Below, piece by piece: positions 26,715 through 40,430 of a stretch of DNA of 64,000 nt. Source of the DNA: Euprymna scolopes (taxonomy: Eukaryota); assembly GCA_053919585.1 (NCBI GenBank), contig CM132786.1. One strand, given 5' to 3'. Each line of letters starts with the position of its first letter. Position 1 is the stretch's first letter. The position numbers were made by a program, and so were the translations under genes. The notes beneath the pieces are model-generated. The model saw only the letters and a program-made list of their open reading frames with translations. It was not told the DNA's origin and ran no database searches.

Positions 26715-28314
26715 TTTATTGGCACGGTAAAATAAAAGTTACATTTTGTCTAATAAATTCTAAAAAAAGGATTACATTAAAGAAAATAACAAAGTATATT
26801 ATGTATTTTTAACTGGCCTTTCCGATGCAGCAATCGGATTTTAGAAAAAATAAATAACAAAGGAACAACAAACATAATTGCAAAAAACCCTTGTTCAAAA
26901 TTATTGGCACGGCTTTGTTTTTCTTTTAGTATCAGTATAATATCAATCAATTTCCGGTTTACGTGCTTTCTGAACTTTTTTATAGCCATATTTTGCTTGG
27001 TTAACGCTAATTCAGTGAATAATTTTTTTCAGATAATTTTTAGATAGCGATTTATTCAAACTATTATAAGTGACTAAATTATAATTTTCAATCGCCATGG
27101 TTAAAACTAAGGAACACAGCGAAGACGTCAGGAAGCTTGTTGTAGCATGCCATACCAATGGGGAGGGCTATGATAAGATTTCAGAGAAGCTAAACCTTCC
27201 CAAATCCACTGTTAGAGCCATAATAAACAAGTTCAAATCGCAAGGCCACGTTATGAGTTTAGAGGGTAGAGGGAGAAAAAGGATTCTTTCCCCAAGAGAT
27301 GAACGGAAAATTGTTCGACAAGTAAAACAATACCCAAGGATCTCTTTTGGGGAGATTGTTGATGAACAGAGCACCTCTGGAGTGAATGTATCTCGACATA
27401 CAGTTGGTAGAGTTTTGAAGAGAGCTGGTTTAAAAGCATGTCGTCCGAGAAAGGCTCCCTTATTGAAGCCTATGCACCTGAAAGCAAGGCTAGCCTTTGC
27501 AAAACGTCATGTTGATAAAGATGTTGCATTCTGGAAACGTGTTCTATGGACTGACGAAACGAAAATAGAGTTATTTGGCCATAATAAAGTGTCTTATATT
27601 TACAGAAAATCTGGCGAAGCTTTCCTGCCTAAGAACACCATACCCACAGTGAAGCACGGTGGAGGCAGTTTGATGTTTTGGGGATTCTTTGCTGCCTCTG
27701 GACCAGGGCGACTTGTTAAGGTCACAGGTAGCATAAAAAAGGAAGATTATGTTAAAATATTGGATGACAACCTGAAAGACTCTGCTAAAGAGCTCTCACT
27801 TGGTCGTCGTTGGTGGTTCATGCAAGATAATGACCCAAAGCATTCGGCTAAACTGACTAAGAAATGGCTTGAGGACAATCATATTAATGTTTTTCGAGTG
27901 GGCATCACAAAGCCCAGACCTTAATCCAATTGAAAATTTATGGAGAACATTAAAATTGAGGGTAATGCAAAGGAAGCCTAAGAATCTTATTCAATTGGAG
28001 AATTATTGTCAGGAAGAGTGGGCTAAAATTACTACTGAAGAGTGCAACAACTTGGTTGTAAACTATGAAAAGCGACTGAGGAAGGTAATCAAGGCCAAAG
28101 GCTATACAATTGATTATTAAATAAATCGTGCCAATAATTTTGAACAAGGGTTTTTTGCAATTATGTTTGTTGATCCTTTGTTATTTATTTTTTCTAAAAT
28201 CCGATTGCTGCATCGGAAATGCCAGTTATTTTCTTTAATTTAATCCTTTTTTTAGAATTTATTTGACAAAATTTAACTTTTATTTTTCCGTGCCAATAAA
28301 TATGATCATCACTG
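26715..28314 (+). mobile_element. Tc1 transposon, IR-DR type, nearly intact
   Basis: ~190-200-bp TIRs (26715-26912, start hidden in N gap; 28127-28314), each with two ttattggcacg direct repeats. Right end is ...tatgatcatCACTG followed by TA. Confidence 0.97.
27097..28120 (+). pseudogene. Tc1 DD34E transposase (~340 aa) split by a single +1 frameshift in a T5 run at 27890-27894
   Basis: Paired-like HTH N-terminus, GRGRK, WTDETKIELFG, TVKHGGGS and QDNDPKH in ORF 27097-27924; [16 protein letters not shown] in ORF 27869-28120. Removing one T gives D-34aa-E spacing. Confidence 0.93.
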
Positions 28315-28349
28315 TATATATATGTATATATACGTATATTTATATATAC

Positions 28350-28394
<45 letters not shown>

Positions 28395-29289
28395 CATACA
28401 TAAAAATATTCTCCTATACAATCACTTAATCAGTACTAAGTTTCCGATCTCGATACAATTACCGATTTCGATTTCGATTCTTTATAAATCTGTTATTATT
28501 TACCCACAAAAGCGATATCTTATCCTGATTACCGTAAAACACATCTTAACTGTGCCTATATTTTCTCAAACGTAAGAAACACATTTCGACGGGGTAATCT
28601 GATGGTTGAAATCAATACACATTTATTAATTTATTATTACTACAAGCAGTGGAAAATGTTTATTAATCCAAAATACAATAAACAAAAAATAATTTGAGGA
28701 ATCGATTTTGACATCAGAGAAATTGTCACACATTTATGATATCCTGATACCAATTTAGATGCCCTCAAAAGATCTGATGTCTCCAATTCTGATTCNNNNN
28801 NNNNNNNNNNNNNNNNNNNNNNNNNNNNNNNNNNNNNNNNNNNNNNNNNNNNNNNNNNNNNNNNNNNNNNNNNNNNNNNNNNNNNNNNNNNNNNNNNNNN
28901 NNNNNNNNNNNNNNNNNNNNNNNNNNNNNNNNNNNNNNNNNNNNNNNNNNNNNNNNNNNNNNNNNNNNNNNNNNNNNNNNNNNNNNNNNNNNNNNNNNNN
29001 NNNNNNNNNNTCAGAACAAACATTTATTCTGTAAAAATGAACAATTAATCAAAATGAGCCTTGCACAGCTATATTTTCTTTCATCGATCTACACGATTAT
29101 TTGCTTCTCGTAGATAAGAAGTTATTGACTGGGCTGCAACAAAACATGTGACAGCTGAGTCCACCTCTCCTGGGGACCGGAACGTTTTACTATAAAACAA
29201 AAAACTGGACTTCAAAAATTGTAATCAACAGGCGAAATGTGTGGCAATATGAAAGATCTAGTAAAGTCTTATCTCACAAGTCTGTGCGT

Positions 29290-30049
29290 TTCTGTAGAGT
29301 GAAGCTTGCGTCATGGACCACGTCGATTCACCAAACCAGGCCTTTTTTCCAAGGAAACATGAATTTTTTTAAGTTGATTGCAATAGATATCTGCAATAAT
29401 ACTATGATTTGCTGTGACACTTGTTGTAGAGAAGTAACTATCAAGCCACTGACCCGATCGTTTACGATTTTTATAAAGCGTCCACTTTTTGTCAAGAATG
29501 ATATCATTGCTGTTACACATATAAAACATTGGGCAGACTTCAAATCTCCTAAGATTTTGATTCTCATTGATCTCATTTGGGATCCATTTATCGTGTTTTT
29601 CACCTTTCCAATGCTCTGTAAATTGTTTACAAATGTTACAGTACTGACGCCAAATGTCTGAGAAATTTTTCTGACACTTTGGCGAGGATTTTTCTCAACA
29701 ACTGCTTGCAATTGTCTACCTTTTTTATCTTTAAGGCTCTCGTCGAATTTTTAGAACCACCGTCGAATTGTCTACTCAATTATGGACCGCTCCTCTCATG
29801 TTCCGTTGAGATTGGCTTAAGTTTCGTAGGCATTGTGCCTAAGTTTGGACTCATGAAACATAAGAAGGTGAAGGTCACGTGTAGAATTATCAAACGGTGA
29901 TGACGCTATGTGCATCCAAAAATTGCCTCCAAATAAATAAATTTGAAAATATGAATTAGTATATAACTTAAAAATAAACTACAAATTATGTTATAAACTG
30001 AATTAATAAAACATCATTTTAGAAGGTCATTATTTTTGTAACAACCTAA
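29290..30049 (-). mobile_element. Decayed mariner element
   Basis: Minus-strand TA-TTAGGTTGttacaaaaataatgacc mariner-like TIR at 30049; QAVVEKNPRQSVRKISQTFGVS, DKKWTLYKNRKRSGQWLD and ADIYCNQL...RPGLVNRRGP motifs. Confidence 0.85.
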
Positions 30050-30633
30050 TATATCGGGGACGAAATTTTCAGCAGATAAACCTTATTATATTATTTTAGT
30101 GTCTGTCTATCTATGTGTGTGACACGGTTTATCTCAGTCTACAGGCAACCCCCCCCCCAAGCTAGTTAGGTACCAAAATTAAGCTTATGATCTAGCGGAT
30201 TTTGTAATCATATTTATATCCATGTTTGGTGTATTAAAATGCAAAAAAATGCAAATAAGAAAAATAACGATTTACTAAACAATATTCCATTTACTGTATA
30301 TTTTCCCGGTACAAGGACTCAATATTCCCCAGTTGGGCAAACCTGGGTACTTGTCCTTAAAAGAATTCTTAAAAACGCATACTAATAAATTCTTTATTAG
30401 CGTCCTAATATGTGACAACCTGATTTACAAATATAGGTTTCACAGGCAGAACCTGCACCATGGTATTTTCCAAAAGAATCAAAAATGAAAAAAATGATTA
30501 GAGATGTCAGCATGTTTGAAGGATAGTGAAAATAGTACTTTCGATTATTTGTGCTATACACTGGCTCTATATCCCTAATACTTAAAGGTACAACCATGGG
30601 GACGTAACTAGGCGTTCAAAAATAATCATAATC

Positions 30634-30699
<66 letters not shown>

Positions 30700-30701
<2 letters not shown>

Positions 30702-31335
30702 AGCGAAATGGGTGTATGTATGTTCGCTTTTTGTGTATACCCATGATAGACTTTTTTTCAGAGAAGCGTTCAGTCGGCTCACAACTTTTTAAAACTTTTT
30801 ATATCACATATAAAGTTTAATATCTCCGAGTTAAGAACGGATCTCGCCTGTCTATTTTATTTGCTCGCCTTCGGTAAGATAAATATTCAACAGTTTTCGT
30901 CGCCGCATGTGGATTATGCTTTTTTTCTACTAATAAAAGCGACATTAATGCTGGCGGTATTCTTCAATTTTGATCAAAGTGGAAATATTCCTTATATCAG
31001 ACAATTGCTATTCAAATTGAACAAGGGTGGCTGCCACCAACACATTGGGGAAATAAAAATAAAAACTCCGCAGTCAAAGTTGACCTCATCAGGATATTAA
31101 AACGCGCATCTGCAAATTCTAAGTAATTAAATAAATTCAAACGTGTTTCAGTTGGTATGTCGTGGTGGACCAAATGTTAACGTCGCACGGTTTTCTTTAA
31201 TTTCTAACTTTGCCTCATGGGTTCTGGTTCGATCCTCAAACACACATTCCAAAACTTTTTTATTATTTTAACACCCCCCTGAATTTTGATTTACCTCCAA
31301 ACACCCGAACAACGCCGGGTACCCCCCCCTGCTAA
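30700..31335 (+). mobile_element. Helitron-like non-autonomous element, second family
   Basis: Starts after (TA)n with tataagcgaaatgggtgtatgtatgttcg; ends acccgaacaacgccgggt (hairpin) ...gCTAAt. Confidence 0.55.
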
Positions 31336-31971
31336 TGTTTATAAAAACACAAAATCAAATTAGAATGTAGCAATCTATAACGGTGAAAGGGCCACAAAAT
31401 TGGAATTACAAAGAAGCAAAATGCCTTTTGCGTCAGCAAATTAATGTTAAATTTATATCTGCTTAAAGAAATTAATGACTGGAAAATGTCTATACCACAA
31501 AGAATCCTTACAATTTTCAGTCCATGTAATCAAAAGAGAATACAGTCGATTAGAAGAGGAGTGCACTCTTTCATTAAGGAGAAGGCGAAAAATGGAATAT
31601 AACCGTACACGACACACTGGGCAATATCAAACAACGGTAAGAATTGAAGTGTGATTCATATCAATCGAAAGCGTCGTGAATTCCTTGTAACAGTATAAAA
31701 ACGGATTCCATATAAAAGAGAACTATCTCTGTCTACAATATGCTGTTGAATATATTTCAATTTATTTGGTCAACAGCTAATGACTCCAGAGTAAACACAC
31801 ATTATAAATTCTCCCTGCTGAAAGAAATTCTCCCTGTTCAATACACTGCGCGGTTGAAAAAACACGCTTGAGGCGCTAGGACTAGTAGTATAGTGTTGAG
31901 CAACAGAAACTGTATTATAACCTGTTGCTTGAAAATAAAGGCAGTATGTCACACCTACTTTCACTGGTTTA

Positions 31972-32046
<75 letters not shown>

Positions 32047-32049
<3 letters not shown>

Positions 32050-33050
32050 TGCTGTACCCTGCCACGCGTTTCTGTGACTAAATTTTGTGTAATGGAAAAT
32101 TACAATAAAAAGAGAAAATGCATGTTTCTTATATTCTTAGTACAGCACCCCACTCTAAAAAAAATTGAAAAAAAAATGGTACTCTTGCAGAATTGGATCC
32201 TGATCCTAAGGATTACCGTCAATCATTGCTTGGGCTCGACCAACAATCAGTGGATTAAACTAACGTTGAAACGCTAAATGTTGTTTTTTTGTATACAAAA
32301 ATATGAGTTAGTAATTAATATTTGAGTGATGGGGGTTTACTATACACAGATTCGAAAAAGTTGTCCAAAAACAAATGAAAGCAAAGGTAAGGTAAGTTAC
32401 ATTTCTACCTAACTGGATAATTGCTTAGTGTTTTTATGTAAGGTAAAATGTTTAATCGGCTGGAAAAACAGAAATAGTTGCAGACTGTTGACTTCGTTAA
32501 GTTTAGGAAATTAAGTTGAAAACTAAAAACTATACAATACAGTGTCAAAAACCCACCGAATATGTTACCATGACATAGGCTGACATAATCGGTGGGTTTG
32601 TGACAGTATTTTGTATAGTTTTTTTTAGTTTTTACTTACTTTCTCAAACTTAACATAATCAACAGTGTCCGCCACTATTTCTATCTTTCAAATACACCGA
32701 TAAACACTGTTTTTCGAGCTGACTAAACGTTACATTAAATGAAAAGGGTCTGTATTAACAGATACAAAGAAGTTGTCAAAAAATGAATATATAACAAATA
32801 AATGTTATCAAAGGCAAGAAAAGCAAATGTTCTACCTTACTGTATAAGATTGTCTTGTGTGTATGTAATGTATAATGTGTAATCAGTTCAAAAACATGCA
32901 GTGTTTATCGGTATATTTGAAACATACAAATGGCGGCAGACTGTATCGAACACGTTAAGTTTGGGGAAATGTTGGGGCGATACAAAATACTGTAAGGAAC
33001 TCACTCAATATATGTTACTGTGATGTAGGCTGACATATAATCAGTGGTGT
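32047..33050. repeat. Helitron-like end followed by a palindrome-containing tandem duplication
   Basis: actgctgtaccctgccacgcgtttctgtg at 32048 resembles a minus-strand Helitron 3' end. Inverted arms ~32470-32557 and ~32581-32690 (aaacccaccgaatatgt / acataatcggtgggtttg); the left arm recurs at ~32900-33045. Confidence 0.6.
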
Positions 33051-33171
33051 TAAATTTTTATCGATACAGGTAACGACTTTTAAGAGTCCCTTTTAGTGAT
33101 TACCTGGTTTGAGGATATTATACAACTAAATGGCAAATCTGCCCCAAAAATCCGGTATTATTTTACTTTAA

Positions 33172-33678
33172 GGTGCGTCTCATTTTCGTATAGGACGACA
33201 TATTTTATTGTAGATTTCAGTGTACTAAAAACGAATCTGCAAACCGTTTCCGTCGCAAAAAGAAAGTTTTCATGATATGAAGAAATTACTTTCTCGAAAA
33301 GTGGGTGATCACTTTTCAATTTAAATTTAACTTAGAATGAGCACCTACTTTCTGGCCACCTGAGAGAGGGGCATATTTCTGTGTGTGTGGGGGGGGCGTA
33401 CCCCCCGCCTCCCCAACCAATTTAAGCAGGTAATTTTAAAGGATTTTCCAAGGGTAGAAAGAAAGCCCCAACCCCAAATATCGTGGCCACAAAGTGGGTG
33501 ATCATTTTACATTAAATTTTATGGAAAAGTGATCCTTCACTTTTTTAAACTAACATTTCTTCATATCTCGGAAACTACTCGTTTGCCTTAATTATAAAGG
33601 TTATTTTTGTCAAGGAGACGGTTTTTACTAATATTATTATCAAATCCATATATAATTATGTTTATTCAAGTGCACGCC
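33172..33678. mobile_element. Palindromic MITE flanked by TTAA (Kolobok-like)
   Basis: TTAA-ggtgcg ... cacgcc-TTAA, with long imperfect inverted arms (gatatgaagaaat / atttcttcatatc; gatcacttttc / gaaaagtgatc; actttctggccac / gtggccacaaagt). Confidence 0.55.
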
Positions 33679-35341
33679 TTAAAAAATCATCTATATGATT
33701 TATTATTACGCTCATTACGGCATACTTATAGAGAGTATATACTGGATCGGAAACTACAAAATTACACCCGTCAATAGAATTATTTTAAACTTTTTCATGT
33801 GTTATTTACCTGAAGTGAATTATTAATTAATTGACATTTTATGAGACCACCTTTTCTTTTATAATATCCTCTATTGAACGTAGTGTAGAAAAATGTATGG
33901 CAGTTTTTTCTTTGAGTTGTTTAATATACTTTTGTTACTCTCAGTAGACCTAACACCCTCCTTCGCATTTCAATTTGTGGCACTGCAATACCTCTACCCT
34001 GTTATAATATATTTTATAAACATGTTTTGTTAGTTTTTTTATTCTATACAAATCAATATTATGTAATAAGTCATATTTCTCTCCNNNNNNNNNNNNNNNN
34101 NNNNNNNNNNNNNNNNNNNNNNNNNNNNNNNNNNNNNNNNNNNNNNNNNNNNNNNNNNNNNNNNNNNNNNNNNNNNNNNNNNNNNNNNNNNNNNNNNNNN
34201 NNNNNNNNNNNNNNNNNNNNNNNNNNNNNNNNNNNNNNNNNNNNNNNNNNNNNNNNNNNNNNNNNNNNNNNNNNNNNNNNNNNNNNNNNNNNNNNNNNAT
34301 GCGAAAAAAACCTGCAAAAAATCAGATAAATGCCATTTTCATGCTGGAAAATTACACATTATCTACTTCCAGCTATAAAATATGCACAAAACAAATAAAA
34401 ATAGTATATAAGAAATAATATGATACGAAAAACACGTTTTTGATTTTTCGCCAATTCAATGTTGCCGAAAAACTAATGATACCTCTTATTTTTATCCAAA
34501 ATATTAACGGAACATATTTTCAAGCTGTTTGCCAACTTTAAGTGTCTGAAAATGTTCCTGACAAACGTGATGACTCCAGGGAGAAAAAAAAAGGTCGAAG
34601 AAATCTATTTCAACTAGCACATCCAAATCACACGACTTTAGCACGTGCGCTGATATGATGCATACATCTTTCATCTTAATTCAGAAAAGAGAAGAGAACT
34701 GTCATGTGAGATAAATTTGGATGACTGCCCGACCTTTGTCATACACAATAAAATAGCATCATAAAATGAAAAAATAATCTTATTCCCTTCTCTAAGCTTC
34801 TTATCCGACGGAAACGATTGAACTATTTTGTAATTTTTTTTTTTATCATAGATGTTATGTACGTATTCCTGTGACCGAATCTATAAGGCGAGCACCCTTA
34901 ATTGTTTACAGTAAAATTAACACCGTCAGTTGAAACAAGAGGATAAGTGTGGGTGCACGCTCGTTTGGAATGTGTTCCATTAGTAGAATAATTATTGCTT
35001 ATTTAGATATTGAGAAAACATTAAGATATGTTAAAATAACTGATTAAAATTTATGCTGTTTGTCTATATATCGAATTATTTTCTAAAACTGAATAAACAC
35101 ACTAGTATTAATATATGGAAGCACAGAAGACAGAGGACATAATTGTTTCCAATAAGTATAACAGTCATGTTTTGTAAGGGTTTTTTCTGCGTTTTTCTAT
35201 TATATTACTATCTGAAATAGATACTAAATATTTATAACATTTAATGGATTATATTTTTAAATATTGTTGCGTATTGTGACTCACACTTTTATGCTCTGTT
35301 TTATTTGATGTCTTCAAGTAATTTTGGCATGAATAACAAAC

Positions 35342-35426
35342 ATTATTTGGATCATACTTATGGTCTTCAAAATTATTTGGATCATACTTATGGTCTGTAA
35401 AATTATTTGGATCATACTTATGGTCT
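35342..35426 (+). repeat. 30-bp tandem repeat, 3 copies
   Basis: attatttggatcatacttatggtct starts at 35342, 35372 and 35402. Confidence 0.95.
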
Positions 35427-36292
35427 GGTGATCATTAATTTTTTCCCGGGTAACATGTGCTTCTTGTTCAGTTTTCGTGATAGGTATTTAAATGGATTTG
35501 TTCCCATTTTCATGATTTTTTTTTTAATTCTCAAACCTAGTACATTAATTGGTGGTGTTTATTTTTCTTTAGAATGAAACTGAATTGATAAAAATCGGCG
35601 CAATTTTATCACGAATTTCCTAGTCAATATATTAGCTTACATTTCAAATATATCCGTTGTATATACAGCATAAATACTATTGCATTACTTATATATTGCG
35701 TATATGTTTCTATTAAATGAAAGTGTCTGTATTTACTTCTTATGTGACGTACCTAACCTATGTTACCTATTAACAGACATTTCGAATCTCAATAGGTACC
35801 AGAAGACTCGGCGGTTAGAGGTCAATTGATATTCGGTGAACCAAGCTAGGTCGATCGTTGGCTACGAGGAAAATGCACCAAGTTTCTACTTTGCAATACG
35901 TGTTGAAACTTAATTCTGCAATTATGTGTGTCTTTCACAGGACGATAACAGTGACCTATTCGCATTTCGAACTCCCCAATAGGGCACTCAAATTAAAAAT
36001 ACCTGCAGCATTCAAAGGAACTCATGTCGGAAAGCCGAATAAACAAACAAAAATGTGTTTAGAAATCATTGCTGAAAGGATAAAAACGGGAACTTATGAA
36101 AAACAAATACGTGATTAGACATAACATTAGAATGGGAAACTCGTGGAAAGTAGCATTATTTTGACAATTTCTTTCCCTATGTCTTGGTACTGTAACAACA
36201 TCTTCGCGACCGCATAAATACGAAAGAAAAAGAAATATGATTAATGCGTGTTTTTATCGCGTTATTAAATAAGTGTGTCAGCAAAATCTTTT

Positions 36293-36469
36293 TGGTGAAT
36301 ATTCCTTTAAAGAAAATGTATTTCATATCACAGAAATGTTGAACGAACATAAACACCTGAAATTGTATTATTGTTTTTATTAAAAAAACAATAATACAAG
36401 TTCAGGTTTTTATGTCCGGTCAATATTTCTGTCATATGAAATACATTTTCTTTAAAGGGATATTAACCA
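36293..36469. repeat. ~177-bp near-perfect palindrome (hairpin or MITE-like)
   Basis: tggtgaatattcctttaaagaaaatgtatttcatat...ttgtattattgttttt / aaaaacaataatacaa...atatgaaatacattttctttaaagggatattaacca. Confidence 0.9.
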
Positions 36470-37033
36470 TATTTCGCAAGGTATATATTTCTCTCCTTTG
36501 AGAAAATACATTCGTTTGGAATTTAAAATTAGGGTCAACGATCATCTACAAAGTGAGTGAAAGATTGTTGTTCCTTTTCAGTCAGTTGTTCTAAACAAAA
36601 TTAAATTGAGGTAATCTGAGCACTGTGTAGCTAATTTCTCTAAATTCAGTATTTTTGTCATTAGACAAAAATGGACGCGTAGCAAACTACATAAAAACAA
36701 TTATTTCAACTGCAAATTGAACAATAACGCCATTGACAAAATTATTTAAACAACAAAAGTGCTCATATGAACGACAATAAACATAACTAATTGGGTTCAG
36801 ATCCAGTAACATGGAGATTAACAGCACATGAAGGACTCGATTACGAAAATACTAAAGTAGTATGTGTACCAATAATGATACGTCGTCTTCACGGAATTCA
36901 ATATGAGATTCGATTGAAAATTTCTGCTACAGACTTCTACAAGGTGAATCATTTGAAGCGTATTTTTGTCGATAAAAGATTGCTTAGCATCGACTGCAAA
37001 CGGTGGTTGGACCAGAATAAATTTCATTTACTA

Positions 37034-38588
37034 CACTACGTATCAAATTATTAAGGAGTTAACATTTTTTTTAATATTTAAGGAACGAGCGAATAAAAAT
37101 CCATGAAACTTTAAAAAGTGCTTACAATAATATTCAGCTACTCCAGTCAGAATATAAAAGTATGTAAAGCAGTATTAGCGAAACTATTGTAGAAGATAGA
37201 AATATATGTTTATTTAAGTGGGTCAAGTTATACCAGAGGTTGAGAATAAACACATAACTTGTTTATTGAAATAGTTTTCAAACATTAAATGAACTAGGAA
37301 AAATCCTTAGAACACAACAACTACATCGCAATTTCTACGTTGACAAAATTAGTAGGGGTATGTGATCCCTTTTTTATGAATGACTTGTAACAGACGATGG
37401 TTTACAGAATTAGTCAAATTTGTGATTTCGTCAACAGTTATTCGTCGCGATACCTCATGGAGAACATCCCATAACTCATCTTTGTTCTCAAATCAGCGTC
37501 CACTTGCATAGAAGCGTCGTTTCTGATAATGCAAAGGTTCTCATTTCGGTTGAAATCTGGTGAATTTGAAGGCCACTCCATCTCCGTCGCCCAGAGTACC
37601 TCCGTTGTACCAAATACTCTGTGCTTTTGTTTGCAGCATATGAGGGAGCAGTATCCTGCATAAGAAATAATGGCTCTTCTGAAAGTCAAAGTTTGCCTCT
37701 TCAGCCAAGGTTACAAAGTCCTCCTTCAGAAAAGCTATGTAAGATTTTTACGTCATATTTACACATTCTGTGACTCTCCATGTGCTAACTAAAGTACTTC
37801 CGAAAATCGCATACCAAATCATTATCCTACCACCACCTTCTTGGCGCCGTAATCGTTGATCACGATATTGTCCATCAAGGACCCATCTCTTGCTCCAGCC
37901 ATCTGGGCCATCAAAAGTGGCACGCACTTCATCCGTGAACAAAACTTTGGAAAAATCCGTGTTCATGGTGTCCTTTACCCATTTCAATCGGCTTAGTTTG
38001 TGGTGTTGCTTTAATGGAGCCATGTCAGAGGCTTAATAGACTTTGCGACTTCTTTCAAAAGGCGACATCAAGGGCTTCTTTTAAGACATTCTTCCATCTG
38101 GCTTGCTCAAAGACTTCTCGACTTGTCTGCCCATGGATATAAACAACTACACGTTTAATTTGGAGTAGAGAACAGCGTGACACAACTGTAGATTTATCTT
38201 TGCCAGTTCTTTTACGTATTTTGTTGGGCCCTTGACAATGTTTCTCAGAGTTTGATGGTACCTTTCTATCATTTTTGGATATTTCGAGGATAGTTTTATA
38301 TTTTACTAGCTGTCCTGTAATATTACTCTTTTCAGAACTACTAAATCCTCTTTTACGACCCATTTTATCTACGAAACAAACTGCCTTGTTAATAATTTGA
38401 CCCACCTAAAATAACATGGATTCACAATTACGATTGCAAGTTGTTTACATGGCGCGGAAGAGTACAAATATTTCACAGTACGCACAACTAAGCATTGCAC
38501 ACGTTTCCGAACCTTTTGATATGAAACTACCGGTAATTTTCTGAAACTAGAAAAAAATGTTATCTCCTTCAGAATTGTACACGCAGTG
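37034..38588 (-). mobile_element. Decayed Tc1 element with long TIRs
   Basis: TA-cactacgtatcaaattattaaggagttaacatttt at the left matches gttatctccttcagaattgtacacgcagtg-TA at the right; inner repeats gtgggtcaa / ttgacccac. ORF pieces MGRKR, VLFTDEVRATFDGPDGW, RQEGGGRIMIW and EWPSNSPDFNRNENL. Confidence 0.9.
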
Positions 38589-39774
38589 TATTAGAGAAAC
38601 TGGAGACGGCCATGTTTGTTGATTTTTTTTACCATGTTGGAAAGATCGTTCTCTAGAACAGTTAAACTACTCAGAGTAATATTTATCTGAAAAATCTCTT
38701 TATTAAATAAGCGTTGTTTTTTATCTGAACTTGGAGAAAGGTGTTTCGCAACATACGAAGGCAGTGTAAATAAATGTTGTGACAAATTCAAACTTGCAAG
38801 TTGCAATGCACACGGTTTTACATGTTCAGTATGACGCGAGAATTGACTTCTGGTCTAGATACTGAGATTACCAGTTGTGTCAAAACAAATTAAGAAAATG
38901 AACCGAACCTAACATTACATAGTTTACGAAAGTCTTACAAAAATAGAAATAATAAAAAAAGATTCAATTAATATCGAAGCCGGAGACTCACAGATAAAGC
39001 AGTAGATTTAATTCTGATGCATGCGCATTTTTTTAAGTTAGGGAGAATGATGTGCACATCAGCACATAGCTACGAACACATTTTTAGAAAGAGAACGCTA
39101 GCCTCCGTGTAATCGCTGTGGTAGTTGCATTGTATTTAGGTGTGTCTTAATTTTTAAAGAAAATGTGTAATGTGTAAAAATAGGGCACTTGTTTCTTATT
39201 CAACTTAATACAAAAACTAGTGTGTGTGACGGAGAGGATAAATAACGGGAGAAGTTGCAAAAATATTTGACTATAAAAATTCAAAATAACGAAATAAAAC
39301 TACAACTTCGATTGGATTTCAGACTTTTCGATAGTACATTTAAACACCCCCCCCCAAAAATTGTATAAACGCACAATGCTGAGAAATCATGAAACATGCC
39401 ATTAACAGTCTTCAAATAAACTTCGAAGTCGAATTTTGAGCGAACGAACATTATTGGGAAAGACGGAAAAATTAAAATCTCATATATTAAGGAACACCAC
39501 TAACCGACTGGACTGGACCACGATTCGTGTATGAAAATTATTACACCATCCAATCTACTATTTTTTGTAAAACAAAAATAAAAAAAATACAACATACTCT
39601 CATGCCTTGAGAAACAAATTAAAAACAAACTTTTCTTAATCTAAGGACCATAAAACCAAACAGAACTAAAAGAATATTGTTGTAGAACGAAAAAATATTG
39701 CTTTCCCTTAAGAGAACGTCTGCCCACAAACAAATAAAACAAAATCAGACAGGGTTTTTTTATCACTAGTCGTA

Positions 39775-40430
39775 AGGTGACGACACTCGCCAATCGACCC
39801 AATTTACCCGATTTTTAACTGAATACACACTTTCAGCAACATCGGGAAAACAGCAGTTGGAAACCACATTATTGAGACATTATTTACCGAGAATCAAAGA
39901 TATTATTGACAACAAAATAATAGCAAACACAGTTTTTCAACAATACGGAACACCTGCCGGATCTTTTTACCCGCCCTCGTTTCAAGATTCACCTTTGGTC
40001 AAGTTAACTAATCTAGTGAGAATCTCATTGAAAATATCGCTCGTTGTCTGATGGATTAGTATAATTTGGGTCCTTGGTGAAGTTTATTGACCCTTAATTA
40101 CTTTATACTACGGGCATTCCTACGCGAGTAATCAATTGTTTTATTCAATTACCGCGATAAATGCGGGATAAATATCAATAGAACGTCTTGTTACTGGTCG
40201 AAAGAACATTTTTCGCTGTGAACAATAAATGCCCAACGAAGTAAAGGTTTTTAAAACTTCTACGACAGTTTTATAATTAAATATCTCCAAATAATAAGAA
40301 AACCACAACGCTCGGACGGGCAAATTAAAAATTACCGAACCATTCATTGTTCACACAAAAAGAAAATATAGACGATACACTGTCCGGATTTTTCAGTTTA
40401 CAAGGCACTGTTGTGGCGAGAGTCACCTAT
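39775..40430 (+). mobile_element. Highly decayed Tc1/mariner-type remnant
   Basis: Inverted ends aggtgacgacactcgcca / tggcgagagtcacct; internal VFQQYGTPA (cf. FQQDGAPA). Confidence 0.45.

Noticed and set aside
35342-35426. CRISPR-like repeat
   Set aside because: Spacers are only about 5 nt, there are no cas genes and the context is eukaryotic; it is a simple minisatellite
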